Under the pieces are notes generated by a model. That model had not been told where the DNA came from, ran no database searches, and worked only from the letters and a program-made list of their open reading frames with translations. DNA of 64,000 bases, from the NCBI GenBank assembly GCA_973895155.1, contig OZ316895.1, forward strand, positions 24,681,538-24,745,537, given 5' to 3'. Origin of the DNA: Marsupella aquatica (taxonomy: Eukaryota > Plantae > Marchantiophyta). Made by a program: the position numbers and the translations under genes. Positions 26,117 to 39,989 of this stretch are shown in pieces. Position 1 is the first letter of the stretch, and the number at the start of each line of letters is the position of its first letter.

Positions 26117-27265
26117 CAGCTTTTTACTAACCTGTCCTCCAAACTATCTGATATTACTAACATGCCCCCCAAACAAAATTAATTATCAACCTGTGTTAGG
26201 AATTGACTCTCTGTTCCCGGCTTCTAGTTAGTTTGGCCTTACTAGAGTTAGTTTAAGATAAGATCCACTTATTTAGGCTCACACATCTTAGTCACCCTTG
26301 GGGGGCATAGGTTGGAGTGAGAGTTTTCTTTCCCTCATTCTTCACATTTACTCTCATATGCTATGTATCCTTCAGGAGTTTCTCCACTCGGAGTGTCTCA
26401 TCGGTGTAGCGTCTAATTGAGTGTCTCTTTCATGTTCCGCATTGTTGTCTAGTCCGGAGCCAACAGTTTCTTATAACCCCCCCCCCCCCCCCAAAAAAAA
26501 TGCATTTGGTTCATTATTAACTCATATATGGGTTTTCATTGCCATGTGGCAAGTTGCTATTGGCTAGCCTTAACCCGCCACCGGCCCCCCTTCCCCTTTT
26601 CCGCAGGTTTTCCTGAGTAAACTTGAGGCCTGAAAGTGTTGGGTTTTTGTGAGGGGAGTGTGGAGCAAAAAAAAAGTATTTTTGCCCCTTCCGGACACGT
26701 AATTGTGCCCTGCAATGAAATGTTAGATATTGCTCTAGTCTTGTGACTCATGAGCTAACCACAGTTAGGCTAACTCAGGTTAGGACTTAGCTAAAGTTAG
26801 CGGTAGTGCTGTTGTGCATATAGCCAGGGCTGATGCCAGACCCTGGTGGAACTTAGGCTCATTGGTACGGAGCTAGTTGAGAGATAGGGAGAGCATGTGC
26901 TGTGGATGCTTGGTATGGCCTGTCGGCCTAGAGTGCAGTAAAGCTCTTGTATGTTCCCGTGGACGTAGCCTCATGTGGAGGTGAACCACGTATTTCTCTG
27001 TGTTGACTATTGTGCGTTGGATGGTTCATGGGCTTGCTGTTGCGAATGTTGTCTATGCTCAACATGAAGAAGAGGGGCTAAGTGGGGTGACAGCTAGCGG
27101 GTTAAGGCTAGCCAACAGTGAGTTGCCACATGGCAATGGAAACCTGTATATGAGTTAATATTGACCCAAATACAAAATGGGGGGCGGGTTGCTAATTAAT
27201 TTTTTTGGGGGTTGGGGCACGTTAGTAATATCGGATAGTTTGGGGGAGAGGTTAGTAAAAAGCTG
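26117..27265. mobile_element. Non-autonomous Mutator-like MITE, ~170-bp TIRs, 10-bp TSD
   Basis: Left arm cagctttttactaacc...(interrupted by a solo LTR)...ggctagccttaacccgc is the reverse complement of gcgggttaaggctagcc...ggttagtaaaaagctg. Flanks are ATTTGTGTTT and ATTTGCATTT. Confidence 0.85.
26194..26475. mobile_element. 282-bp solo LTR nested in the left TIR of the MITE
   Basis: Shares both ends with 18073-18236 (tgttaggaattgactc...cttactagagttagtt; ...ctagtc.ggagccaa.agtttctta.a). TSD degenerate. Confidence 0.8.
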
Positions 27266-27504
27266 ATTTGCATTTTTGAAATGCACATGCGCACTCATGA
27301 AGTGTCATCTTTTATCCTCTGAATGCTCTTCTGGTAAACTCAATATCGATATTGTTTATGGAATTAGCACATAAACTTACCAAAATGAATGATGGTCTCT
27401 CTATCCTCCCATGCCATACAACTCCCTAGAATAGCCCTTCAACTACTCCTGCTCTCCACTAGGGCTTGCATTTCATACCACACCATGGAATAGCCCTCCA
27501 GCTA

Positions 27505-28765
27505 CACTCTTTACAGTATTTAGTCTCACACACTCTAATTAGTGTGAGGTTATATTTGAGGTAAGTGACAGTAATTAAGGTGTGTGACACTAATATGGTA
27601 TGACACTAATTTTGGTCACAAGTCAATTAGTGTCACACATCTAAGTTAAAAAAATAGAATGGACAATAGTGAAAATTTGCTTACAAAAAAATTAAAAATG
27701 TGCACAATATTTGATTACGGGTTACAAAATTTATTACCCAAACATTGAGAAAACACCAGAAACTTATAAAGTCTCCATCCATGTACTACTCAAACATTGA
27801 CCAAACTTCAGAATTTATAACTCCGTCTCACATAGCACAAAATTGTATTTTTGGGTACTCAACCACATTGAGCAAACAAGATATGTTTAATTGATTCACT
27901 TCTATCAACTATGAATAACACATGTTGTCTCACATAAGCCACAAACTAACATCATTTTCACTCTCCTACAACCTGTCCCTTGTGGCTCATCCTTGCAAGA
28001 CGGCGTATAACCCCAAGAGAAGTGGGTTGAGTTGGCTCTTCACCTGGTTAACCAACATCAGGAGCCACTTCAATAGTAGCATCACTGTTAAGGCCAACTC
28101 GACTCCCTTCAAAATTCACTTGATTACTTGGCTATGATATTCTGAAGCTCAGGTGTAAGTTGATTTGTAGACTATACAACACTGACATTTAGAGACAAAC
28201 TGGTGTTTATATTTGAATTTTGTGCATAAGACATGCCATGTCTGTCAACATAACTGTTCACTTCAGCTATAGAGTCCCTTGCCAATGTCAAAAACCAATG
28301 TTGGCCTGGATTTATCAATTTCCCAGATGTGCCGTGTGTCCCAGTCCCCACTTTTGTTGGGTCTTCATTTATCATTTTTTGAAGTGTAACAAGGATCGGA
28401 TAAGCCAAAGGAGACACAGATTAATTACCATGACATTTTGACATAGTCTCGGGCATAGTCTTGATTCTCTTTCCCTTGCTCTAGAAAATCCAGCTATGAT
28501 GACAAGCTAAAACACAAAGAACCTTTCTAAGAAATACACACAAAGAGATGTCGTTGGTAGTCTGGATAACTTTGGAGTGGGTCCAGTTTAGGGTTACCAC
28601 CAATAACATTGTCACCTTTAGTTATCAATATTTTTTAGTATGTTAATTTATTTTTCAAAATCAGGCGTGGCGGTAAATAGTGTCACTTGGCTGAAAATCA
28701 AGGGCTACCCCTAATTAGTGCGTGTGACACTAATTGTTTCGTGACACTAAATACTGTAAAGAGTG
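27505..28765 (-). mobile_element. Internally deleted Tc1/mariner (pogo-like) DNA transposon, ~25-bp TIR, TA TSD
   Basis: TA|CACTCTTTACAGTATTTAGT(C/G)TCAC ... GTGACACTAAATACTGTAAAGAGTG|TA, with subterminal gtgacactaat repeats. The minus-strand fragment (PGQHWFLTLARDSIAEVN...LSLNV...QL.PELQNII) resembles a transposase C-terminus. Confidence 0.8.
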
Positions 28766-30788
28766 TACTTGTGCTCAATCATCTCTAGGGCTCCCATACC
28801 AGCACACCATGGAATGGCCCTCCGGCTACTCCTGCTCTCCACTAAGCCTCCCATACCCACATACCTTGGAGTAGCCCTCCTGCCAGCATCTTTCCACCCA
28901 CAGCCACACATACTCCATCCCATAGCCCTATGACCTCTGTAGCTCGTTGCACTCCATCCCAACCACCATCAATTTGCAAGAGCAAACAAGCTTAATCAGG
29001 TGCCATGCATTTTTGCTCTTGGTGCAAATGAGTTTTTCCTTTCACAGGCAAAGAGCATATTTATAATTTTTACCCACTATCATACAACATTTTTTCCTGG
29101 GTTTTTCACCTCAAAGTGCAAAATACACAAAAATACCACGACCTTCATTTTTTAAAACCCTGCCACTCACTTATGCAAACAATTTGCAAAATTCTGTACA
29201 TAAAGGTGGTCATTTGCGTGGTTGCACAGTGTCCCCTAGCACTAGGGTACTCCAAAAGTACAGTGCCCCATCCGAAGGACAGTTCAACGGCCTCTTGTGG
29301 GCAGCACGTAACTCGGTCTGCTGGGCCCCCTCACAAACTTGGAGAGGCGAGAGTTTTGGGTCTTTCTTTGGTAGGAATTGTCTTTCTTACGAATCTTATT
29401 ATCTGTGCAGCTTCATTCAGGCTTGGGTGAGGAGCTTGTCTTCGTGAGGAAGGAAACATGAATTCACACCGATCAAGCTGTACATATTTCAATTTTTTTT
29501 GTTTCTCAATCAATCCTAACACATTTGAAATTATTCAGTTTTATTGATTATTTGGGGCGGACTCAATTAGCACTAAGGTAGTTTTCACTCCCCGGGCATA
29601 CATCAAATGCTGTATCTTATTTATAAATTTGCAACTACAAGCTAGAGTTGGGGCCTAGGCTTCTAGAGTGAAGTCTCTAGACCATAAGTCCATGACTCAT
29701 CATGTAAATAATGAGAAAATTGATGTCTATGATGTATGTCATGTCAAATGATAATATGATTACTTTTTGTTATGATTTCTATTTATATTAAAAACTGATC
29801 TCTATGGCCCCACCATATTATATGTGCATAAGTGTGATGTAAAATAGAAAAACTAGGGATGTGCATAGATAAAAATACTATGGTTTGTTATGTCTGTTTA
29901 TTAAAATGATGATATGTATGATAATTTTTTATTATTTAATTAATCTTCAAAATATATGAATAAGAAATATATTTTGGTAACATTTTTATTATACTCCCCG
30001 TTATTCACCTTCAAAGAACGAGTAGTCAGAGCTAGTATAATTCATTCTTGACCTATGCCAAGTTTTTTTTCCAATCTATCCACATTGTGTTTCAACTCTC
30101 TTGAGAGGTTCTGTTGTGTTGAGCGACTGACCTGTGAGTCTATGTTTTCGAGCTCTCCAACAAATTTGCAAATCAATAATGTATACTCTCGAACTCGACC
30201 AGAAATCAACCCAGAGTTTCATATATGCGCGTTTTATAAAACTCGGAGGATTCCCAAAACACGAACAAGATGGCTTCCTTACTAACATTGCATATGCAAA
30301 ACTGGATGGCACATGTCAAGCTGGGTTATAGTGACTGCACAATTATTTTGTTGATGAACCCAGTTGCGGACTCGCAATAATAAAAATTACCCCGTGAATG
30401 GCTCACCTACCCACCACAATCATTTGGGCACTGAAGGGCACTGAAGAGCCTCCACAACCACAAAATATGGTTAAGCTAGTATCATAGTGAGCTGTGCTCC
30501 AAAGCCTCCAAGGTTCAGGCGTTGATATCAGAGACTCTGGACCTCTACAACCCTTGAAAGAATGATAAGCCGAGTAAACGTGATCACTGAACTCACGCAC
30601 TTGAAGGAGGCTTACTTAAAGCTAACTATTACCGTGCAGGTTGGGAGAAATTTGAGGTTTCAACACGGCCATCTTATAAGCTATATCACATACAAGATTT
30701 CCCACGAATCGGCATCACTACTTTAGACGAGAGCAATTAACTTGACACCCACGCGCGTTATTTCATGCCAAGTTTGCGAGTTGACTTC

Positions 30789-33700
30789 CTACAATAATTT
30801 CTCTTTCAAATACGTTTCCACCTCCTCCTGGGGCATGTACTTTAAGCTAACCATGTCTGCTACTTCACTTATGACCTGCAAAATTGACAATTGAGAAGTA
30901 AGCTACCTTTAAATAACTCTAGTAAGCTTCAGACTCCAGTTAAAAAGTTAGTCTGCAATAACAGACGTCCAGCAATGAATTCGAAACTATGTGGAATGGC
31001 AACAGCATAAATTTAAGAGATGAAACATGATAGTTCGATTTTCAAGTTACTTCCAATTACTGACGTTCAACATATCCACCAACAAACCTTTCCAGACAAG
31101 TTCTTACCTTGAGACCGTGCTCAAGATCTTCTCTTGTATGGGCAGCTGATATGCAAACTCTTGCCCTTGCTAATAGCAACGGCGTCGCTGGGAAGGCCAC
31201 CGTTACAACTGCAACCTGCCAATTTGTTGAGAAGTTCAGAGTATGAGACTATATGCACAAGGGCCGGGACGAATTTGAACAATAATGAGATGTGATCAAG
31301 AGTGACAATCAAATGAGCAATTAAATATCCCATCAGCCGTAGTTCAGATCCACACCAACACTGCAGGTCATAGGACAATTTCATTGAGCACCCTAGTATG
31401 GGATACCTATCCATAAAGGTCATCCACCGATAATCTACACGAAACAAAATAAACTAGAGAGCGTCAAGTAATAATAGAAGGGAAAACATACATTCCGTTT
31501 GAAGCATTCACGAGAGAAAGCGGGTATCTTGGCGGGATTGTAAAGCATAACAGGCATCACGGGGGAATCTTCATCGCCAAGCACTTCACAACCCATTTTC
31601 CTTAATTCCTTCCGGAAAAAGTTGCTATTTTCTCTTACTTGGACCAGTTTCCGAGCTCCTGCATAACAATTGATCAAGAAATTTGTCAAACTAGCCATGT
31701 GCAAGCATATTTTAAGTTGCTTTTGTCATTCCGTCCTGCTCAGATGTGAGGGCCAGATATTTAACCCCTAGATATCTGCAAACAAAGCATATTCAACAAA
31801 ATCAAAAATTATGGTCACTACCGCTTACCTCGGTCCGTCCCATCCTCTCCCAGGATGAGTTTAATAGCGGAAACAACTTGCTCGACAGCAGGTGGAGACA
31901 TGGCTGTGGCATACAGGTGGCTAGGAGACGTGTGCTTCAAGTACTTTATCAGATCCTGCAAAGCCAGTAAGTACCCAAAGGTTGCAGGAATAACTTATTG
32001 ATGCTTAATTTGTGTCAAGGGCTCAGTGTACCTAACAGACCATCGCCCTTATAATCAACTCAATTTCCAATGTTCATTCAGAAATGGCCAGCTGTTGCAC
32101 CAAGACAGACATGGTGACTTACATCTTCGGTACTTCATTCTCGAATTCCTTCAACTCCTTCTTTAGATGTTGTCCTTGTTTCAACTAAAGCCATTGATTC
32201 CGGCACCAGACTTGAAACGACTCCTAGTCGGTGCCCATTCACGGCTTGACATATTGACAGTGAGAAGAGGAAATGTGGATAAAGACACACACCTCTGATC
32301 CAGCTATGTAACCCCCACACGAACCAAAAGATTTAGTGAAGGTTCCCATCATCACATCGATGTCTGCAGGGTCCACTCCTTGTTGCTCACATACGCCCCG
32401 CCCCGTCTTACCAATGGCACCAATACTGTGTGCCTCGTCAAGATAAATATGAGCCTGCTTTCAAGAAACAGGAAAATCCGGGGACATCAGATGTGAAGCT
32501 TTCATTCCGATATTGCATAAGAGCAAGACAGCTTCACTCTCTAACGAACAGACAAGCTATGGCAGAACAAGTTAATCTAGAAAATTTGAAATGAAATCGC
32601 GAAAGGTACGCTGAAGGATTACAAAAAATGTCTATTTGTTTGCGCATTAAAGAACAAGAAATATGAGGTTCGATAAAAACGAAATGTCTGTACAACTTAC
32701 AATAGTGACAAGTACACTCCAATGCAACAACAGAAATCTAGAAGAGTGCCGGTTGTTGCAAAAACCTTGTATTTCTTTGTGATGGCAACAATTTCTCTTA
32801 GCCGACAAAGTTCACCCTCCATGCTGTAGATTCCTTCGACAATCACCAGTATCTTTTTCCATGGTCTATGTGTTCGAGGCTGCCCATCAGCAATAGCTTG
32901 CCTGAGAACTGCCTCAAGATGCTCTGGAACTGAAAGACATGAAACATATGTATAACTAGAAGGACGGAGGAACAGAGGCAGCTACTTTCCTAGAAATACG
33001 AAACGAAATGTACAGCTCGATGGTACAGCACAACAAGACAAATTTCAATGATCATGGCCCCTACTATTATGTTGGAATACAGAAACTTTGGCTCCTGAAC
33101 CACGTGCCCCCGCCACAATTGATGAATGATTCAATGAATCACTGATAATGAGACATCCCTACAAAAAATGATATTGTCAACTGGTTACTCCAGTAACTGA
33201 TTCCAATACAGCTCTGAACTGCACTTGCCAGAGAGTGTACAACATCATTGAAAAATCTGTGCAGGATTCACAACTCCATGTTGAGATTGGTTGTAATCTT
33301 CAATACTTACAGCCTTATCTTTTATATGGACGCTGTACACGACAGTAAATTCCAAGTGTCAACTTCTGTCAGAATCTGTGAGCAATTCAGATATTATTAC
33401 CGGTTACAATTCGCAGCTCTTACACAACACTTCCAACGATCCTGTGGGTGAATAAATCGAAGTACCTTTCCCATTAAAGCAGGCAAAGTTGTTGAGTTTG
33501 TTGCAAAACCCATGCCGAAAGTTAGTGCAGCAGGCTTTCCAACATAGCTTGCAATCAGTTTCTCGAGTTCTTCATGTACAGCGGTTGTACCTGCCCGACA
33601 GAGGATAGACTTTGTGTCATGGCCACCCGTACGGAGTTCCAAAATCTATTTCACTTCAACTACTTCTAAGATCAATTTTATTGAGCTCGTACATACTGAA

Positions 33701-35274
33701 AGAGTAAGCGACTGCATATACTTACCACCATCCACACGGCTGGCACATGTGCTAATTCCATACTTTTCCAACGAATCCACCACGCGTGGAGTACAGTAAT
33801 CATCGTGGGCAGCAAAACCCAAGTAGTTGTAGGACCCTAAGTTTAAACAGTGTCGAGAATTGTTTTCTCGCCTGCAAAACGGGAAAGAGAGTTTGTAAGA
33901 ATTAAAGTTCTCCAGAAACAACACCGGTGGAACCTACCCCGCTGCCTCAAAACACCCGCACCCTGAAAGAATTGTCTTCCCTCCGCCACCCATTGAACAA
34001 GATGTACGGCCAGGGAAGCCATGTCACATCGAATTGGGCGTAGCAGCGGCTCTGATCTGTAGCAATAAGCCGGAAAGTGCTAGAACCATGTTGAGTTCAC
34101 AAGCCATTGAACTGCCTTAGCTGGTAATTTATTATCTGTAAGCTCTGGAATTTCCATTTCTTGAAACAAACCGATCAAGGAAAAAATGTTTCCAGTCAAA
34201 GTGGACCCTTCAACCTCCGGCTAGAACCTTGCTCGGTTTAAACAGAAAAATTTACTCAGCCTCCAAGATTGTCCACATGCTTCGAAATCGGGGACAATAC
34301 CTCGTCAGTCAAGCGGAATTCCATGGAAGGCCCAAGTGCAAAACGAAGATGAGGTTGAAGTCCAGGCATGAACACCAAATGACAGCAGCTCAGAGCAGGC
34401 AGCTGTGCCTTGCTGTCTAATTGAATCGGAACTTACTGCAAAATCTTCTCGTCGTCGTATTTCCTCTCCACGACATCAATCCAAGCATTCGGAGCACTGC
34501 AGATGGGCCGATTGAAGCAATCCTGTAGTTCCAACCCGTTTCCGTACTCAATTAAAATTTTCCAGTAGTACACAACAGTTGCAAAAAAAAAGACACAGCA
34601 TGATCGACCTAATGCGCACGTAAATCAAATGACCACATGCACATCGTATCAAGGGGAATGCTCGTAGAATGGGAAGTCTGTGCCACAATTTGGGAGGAAA
34701 TTCGCCTAAAACCTGCTCGGGCATTTACAGAGGATTTAAACTCAAATAAACCAAAGTTGGCTTCTTCAGTGTGGGGTAAATTCACATTGACATAACCCAT
34801 TCTGCACAGGTGCATTAGCAATGGAAAAAACACAAAACAAATGCAAATCTTTCCTGTATCCGGTGATACAATCGCCGGGTGTAGAAGTCCTCAAAATCGC
34901 GACAGAGTGGTGCATAGCCCTGCGAATGAAGAATCAAATACTTTCATCTCCAAGCAAATACATGAATGAGATTGAAGGCCTAGGGGCCCTGTAGGGAAAG
35001 ACATCAACAACAAACATGGATTAAGCACGTCAAGGGCGACGAGGTGTTGAGCGAGAGACAATGGCACTGTCTACACAAGCGGCGAGGAAGCAAGAATACT
35101 TCGACAAAAGTGACATGTCTACTGCCGAATGAGCCCCTAAGAACTGACCGTTGGAGCTGATGCATCTGACTTTTGAAAGCCGCGAATTATGTCTCGCAAA
35201 TGCCCGAACACGAAGAGAAGACCGTAGCTGAAGTAGGTCGTCAATGCCGCGAAATAAGGAATTGTCACAGCCAT
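30789..35274 (-). CDS. LCB2: Serine palmitoyltransferase long-chain-base subunit 2, 485 aa, 12 coding exons
   Basis: Exons 35274-35149, 34919-34854, 34522-34437, 33871-33726, 33590-33466, 33158-33065, 32929-32766, 32454-32293, 31955-31829, 31658-31492, 31215-31108, 30875-30789. Motifs [21 protein letters not shown] and the PLP lysine motif GTFTKSFG. Intron 2 requires a GA donor. Probable 5'UTR intron 35932-35277. Confidence 0.96.
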
Positions 35275-38200
35275 ATCTGTAACCCTGCTCTACCTTTTCA
35301 AAACGGGGAACACTACTCTACCCTCCTCTGTCGAGTGCCCCCTTTCTTTCCCGGTCGTTGGTCCTCTACCTTATTCTCACCTTTCTTCTATTTCCTGTCC
35401 CTTTCCAAATACGTTAAAGAGAAAATTCGGATACTACCAATGCCTCCTCTCCATCCTTCGCCGCGACGGAGCAGCAAATCCTCCTGCCTAAAGGAAATCC
35501 CGGGTGTTCATTCCTCTATGCCCAACATTCCTTCAGGTTTCCCTCCTCTACCTGCTCCACACTAAACCTGCACGTCTCTAAGAACCACTGCACAGAGTTC
35601 CCAACAATATTCCAGACATCCCAAGTGCCGGCCAATCCCTCCTGCTCCGCTTGTGACCTTGTGTCCCTCTCGCAATCGAATCGAACATTCCCAACGTGCA
35701 CATGACTGTCTGCTCGAGTCGGCGGCACCGCTGCTGGTCGGTCCTACTACAGTCCAGGCCAGACATTGCCCTCTCCTCCCTCGCCAGATCTCCACACGCC
35801 AGCGAGATCTGAGAAAGAAGAAAAACCTCGAAGGTTCAACGAATGATCACGAAGGATGCGAGTCAGTCAGGAGGCAGAGGAGCTGAGCCAGCAGCAGCTG
35901 CTGCTACTTCTGCTCATGGAAAATTGACTTACTGTCTGTGGTGCGCGGGAGAGCAGCGAGCAGCATTCCGTTTCAAGTTAGCGATCATTCTGATTGATGT
36001 TTTGTTTACTATTATTAGCTCGTCTTGTCTTATAGCTCCGTCCGAATGATTATTTGTTATTTATTATTTCTTGTGTCGGTAATCACTAATCAGTCCCGGC
36101 CTCCCGGGAGTGCGAATGTCAGCGGAGAGCCGCCTGAGCGGTTGACGTGATTCCGATAGGGGGTGCTCCACCCGTTTGTTACCGCGGTTAGGGTGCTGCC
36201 CAGGGGCCACCGTCGTATCGGAGACGGTCACATGTGTAAGGGTTGTCTGGCATGTAGTCAGCCCTTAGATTTTTCTCTTTGTATTTTCGGTACAGAGAGC
36301 CTCCTTTCTTTTGAGGAGGGGTATGCAAACATCGTAAGTTAGTAAATATAAAACCCAGATATAGTTTTACCATATAAAACAAAATAATAAATTGTATCAC
36401 TAAAGTTTTAATTTCTTTCATGGTTTTGGCTAATTGCATAGTAACCACTTGTTGCATGGCCCTTTAACTTCTATGTTTTATTTTAGAGATTCACTTTTTC
36501 TTGTCTATTCCCAAAAAAGTCATTCAAGTTTTTACATACAATAATGTCATGGTTAGGGGCATAATGAGGATAAAGCCCCTCAAAACTTGGGCTACCGCAT
36601 GACAGTCTAAGTGAATTAGAAGATGGCACCTTTTAGTTTGAGGGCTGCAAAGCAGAAGGCCCTTAACATACAAGTTGGGCCTAAGGGACAGGTTCCGTGG
36701 CCAGGGGCAGGGAGTACAATCACTCCCTCTGACACCCCCTGGGGCCCAAATACACCATATGCCAAGGTGTACACAGTATTTTTAATGTATGAGCTTTGAC
36801 TTAGGAGCCAATGAGAATGCCATGTATTGTTCCTATACAGGGGCAGGGGGTACCCCTGAAGTTTAACCGGGAGTGTGAGGGAAAATCATACTCCCTACTA
36901 CAGTATTTGTACACCCCTCAGTCCCTGGAAAAGCTGCAATTTTATTGGCTTAAAAATTCTGACAGTATTTGTACTCCTTACTCCCAGCCCCATGGAACCT
37001 AGCCCATCTCCCTAAAGTGCTGGGAACAAGCCTTGAGCTGTGGCCTGGTCATTTGATGATGCTGTTACTTGTCAGCTGGGCAAGACTTAGAGCCCAACTC
37101 GCATGTGGCCACCCTGAAGGATGCTGCGCTTGGCACTTGCTAAGCCCTTGGTGAAAAGCAGATCTAGGTTTAGAACAGAACACTCATGAGTATTTGCTCA
37201 AGTGCCGCATCGTTGCTTTTGTTTTATCCTGGATTCACAGGTTGGGACCTCAAAGGGCCGGAAAGTTTCAGGCCCTTGCCCTTGGAAGTCCACAATCTGT
37301 GCTGTCAGGTCTGCCAGAGGAAGGGGTTCAAGCATTATTGTAAGTTGTGCTCTATCAAATGCTGCCAGGAGTCAATTTAGGGCTGCATTCTTCAGGACTG
37401 TGGACATGTGGGCCTTAGTGCCCAGGTTTGTGGTTTCCGGGTCAACATTTGCAGACGCACTTTTCCCCAATTGAGCACCTGTTGCTGGAGATGGCAGCTT
37501 CAAATTTCACAATCAAAGCATGTCATGCCTCTCATGCTCAAAAGAGAGCTGTGATTGCACTTGCACGACATGCACAGAGAGTTAAGCCGTACTTATGCTT
37601 GGGCAAGGAAAACTGCTGCCAAGTCATCAGGAGCACAAGCAGAGTAAGTAAACACTCATCATGAACAACAAGTGTGAAGTAAAGCATTTTGTTGTAATTG
37701 TTTTTCAAAGGTCGGGAAACATTAAGGGCCCAAAAGTTTCCTAACTTTGCCCTTCCACCTCCACTAAAGGCATGCCGTCGAGCCAGGCTAATAAGCTTCC
37801 TAATGAGATGGGTCAGGCACAAAGTTCTTAATATATAATATACTGCCAAACATCAATTGAGGGCTGCAAATTCCAAGGGCCGGCTACATGGAAGACAGCT
37901 CTAAGGGTGTGGAATTGCGGCAAACAGTGTCATAATTGTGAGTATTGTTATTGAATTCATTCTGGCAAATCAAGTCATCACCTGGTTTGCAATATCTGTC
38001 TGTAAAAAGCTAACTTCAGTCCAGTACTCTGTTGAGGACCCAAAATTGGTCCTAGGATGTGGTGTCAAACTTATCTGGACTCTAGATATTAGTTTGGCCT
38101 ACTGTGACCATACTTGGTCAAGGGGCTGGTTTTGATTTTCATTCAGACCATGATGAGTAGCCATTCTAGCTCTTCCCAGCCAAAGTTTTTTTGAGTTCTT

Positions 38201-38682
38201 TTCCTGGTATGTTGCTCACACCTGGCCAGACATGTTTTTGCAACCTATTTCAGCAGGAAACAAGTTTTCAGAAGCTGATTTCACCTCATATACATTTTTC
38301 CAGACTGTCAAGTAGAATTTAATTTTCTCCCAACTTCCCAAAACGTCAATTTTCTGCAGCACCAGATTTTTAAATTATTTGCATGAACTTGTTACTACTA
38401 CACTAGACCAGGGTTGCTTAGGGAGAGGATCCCAGCAAGGTTCCCAGGGCATCCAATACTTGTATACCATATTTTGGATCAGAGAACATTGACTGTTATT
38501 GGGAAGCATAAGATAAGAGAGTGATGGTTGGGGGCAAGGAGCACTTTATAGGAGCACCTTCAAGAATCTTGGACTCAAATCCCTTGCAGCACTTATTACG
38601 GTCAAAGAGCCATGGGAGTACATATGATACCTTTCTGCGAAGTGCACATCAAAAAGTAATACCATAAGGTGTACTGTGCTAT

Positions 38683-39965
38683 TAGGGCGTGTCAAAGCAC
38701 GGCCGTAACTCAGTTACGGCTTAGGACATAAATCACTCTTATGGCCTGGACATAACTCCTTATGGGGTACCTAGAAAGGTGCCGCGTAAGTCTCATACGT
38801 CCTAAAGTTGTATGTCCGTAGGGTGACGACCGTCCGTTTTTTGGAGAAGCCAGAACGCTGCCCTGTCACTAGTCACTGCAATGCCCGCCCACACTTGTGG
38901 CCCTTTGACTCGTTCCCCTGTGGTGTCGTTCGTTGTCTCCTACAAGGGCCAACAAGTAGCCCCTACAATGGTCTGAAAATGTGATTGTCATGCAAAGATT
39001 TGCTCCGTGAAGCTTCAAATAATGCTTCAATCTAATCAAACTAGCTCTCACAGAAAACAAATGAGAGAAGGAGAACGAGAGTGACCAAATGCGCTGATTA
39101 GCAGAGGCCTTGCAAGTAATAGAATATCAAGCTTGGCTCTGAGGAGCTCCATTCTTCGGTTTAGAGGTTTAGATTCACTTGGCGCTCTCTCTTGATCAAC
39201 ACAACGTCAAATTGTGGTCTGACTCCGATTACCTAGAGTCATCAGTCTCTTCTCCCAACACATTGTAACGTCCTCGATGAATAACAGTCTGATCAGATTT
39301 GGTTTTCCTCCAGCATTGCCTGCAAGTCCCTATGCTGCATAATTCTTTCGTTCATTCACCGGCCCACCTGGAAAATCATCGGTGAAATTGACGTGGGTTC
39401 ATTCGTTCCTCCTTCCGCAAAACTTTCACTGGCAGAGTGGCACATGCCACTATGCGTACTTATAGTTTACCACTGTGTGGCATTCTTCACTCGCCACTCG
39501 TGCAATTCACCACGGAGAATGGAACTCATTCTGGACTTCGAGCGGACTGCGAGCTTACTCCGTCCTAAGAATTGAGATTCAGCTGGTTCCTTTGATGAGC
39601 ACAAACGAACAGAATGATATGTAATTCAGGCTCTGAGCCAAGACGTTGTGGCACAGCAGAGGGACCGCAGGACAAATTCCTCCCAAGGTCCAAGTATTGG
39701 AGAAGAGAACTTGAATTGAATTTTGTAAAGCTGATGGAGCGGGGCAGAATGGCAGATTTTTCTTTAATGGTGAATGGTGGCCCCAGCAGCAAGTGGTGTC
39801 TGCATTTGTCACCAGCCATAACTCCAGTTTCTACCCCGTAAGGAGGTTTTACGGGAGGTGTCAAAACCTGTCGCTCTTGCCCATAACGATTCCCGTAACA
39901 TATTTTATGGATTTCTTAATGAGGGACACAAGGCAGGGCTTACGGCCATGCTTTGACACACCCTA
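38683..39965. mobile_element. hAT-like non-autonomous element, ~26-bp TIR
   Basis: TAGGGCGTGTCAAAGCACGGCCGTAA ... TTACGGCCATGCTTTGACACACCCTA. No clear TSD. A second right-end copy (tttgacacacccta) lies at 40875-40888. Confidence 0.7.
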
Positions 39966-39989
39966 GTGGCCACAGGTCCAATGGACTGT

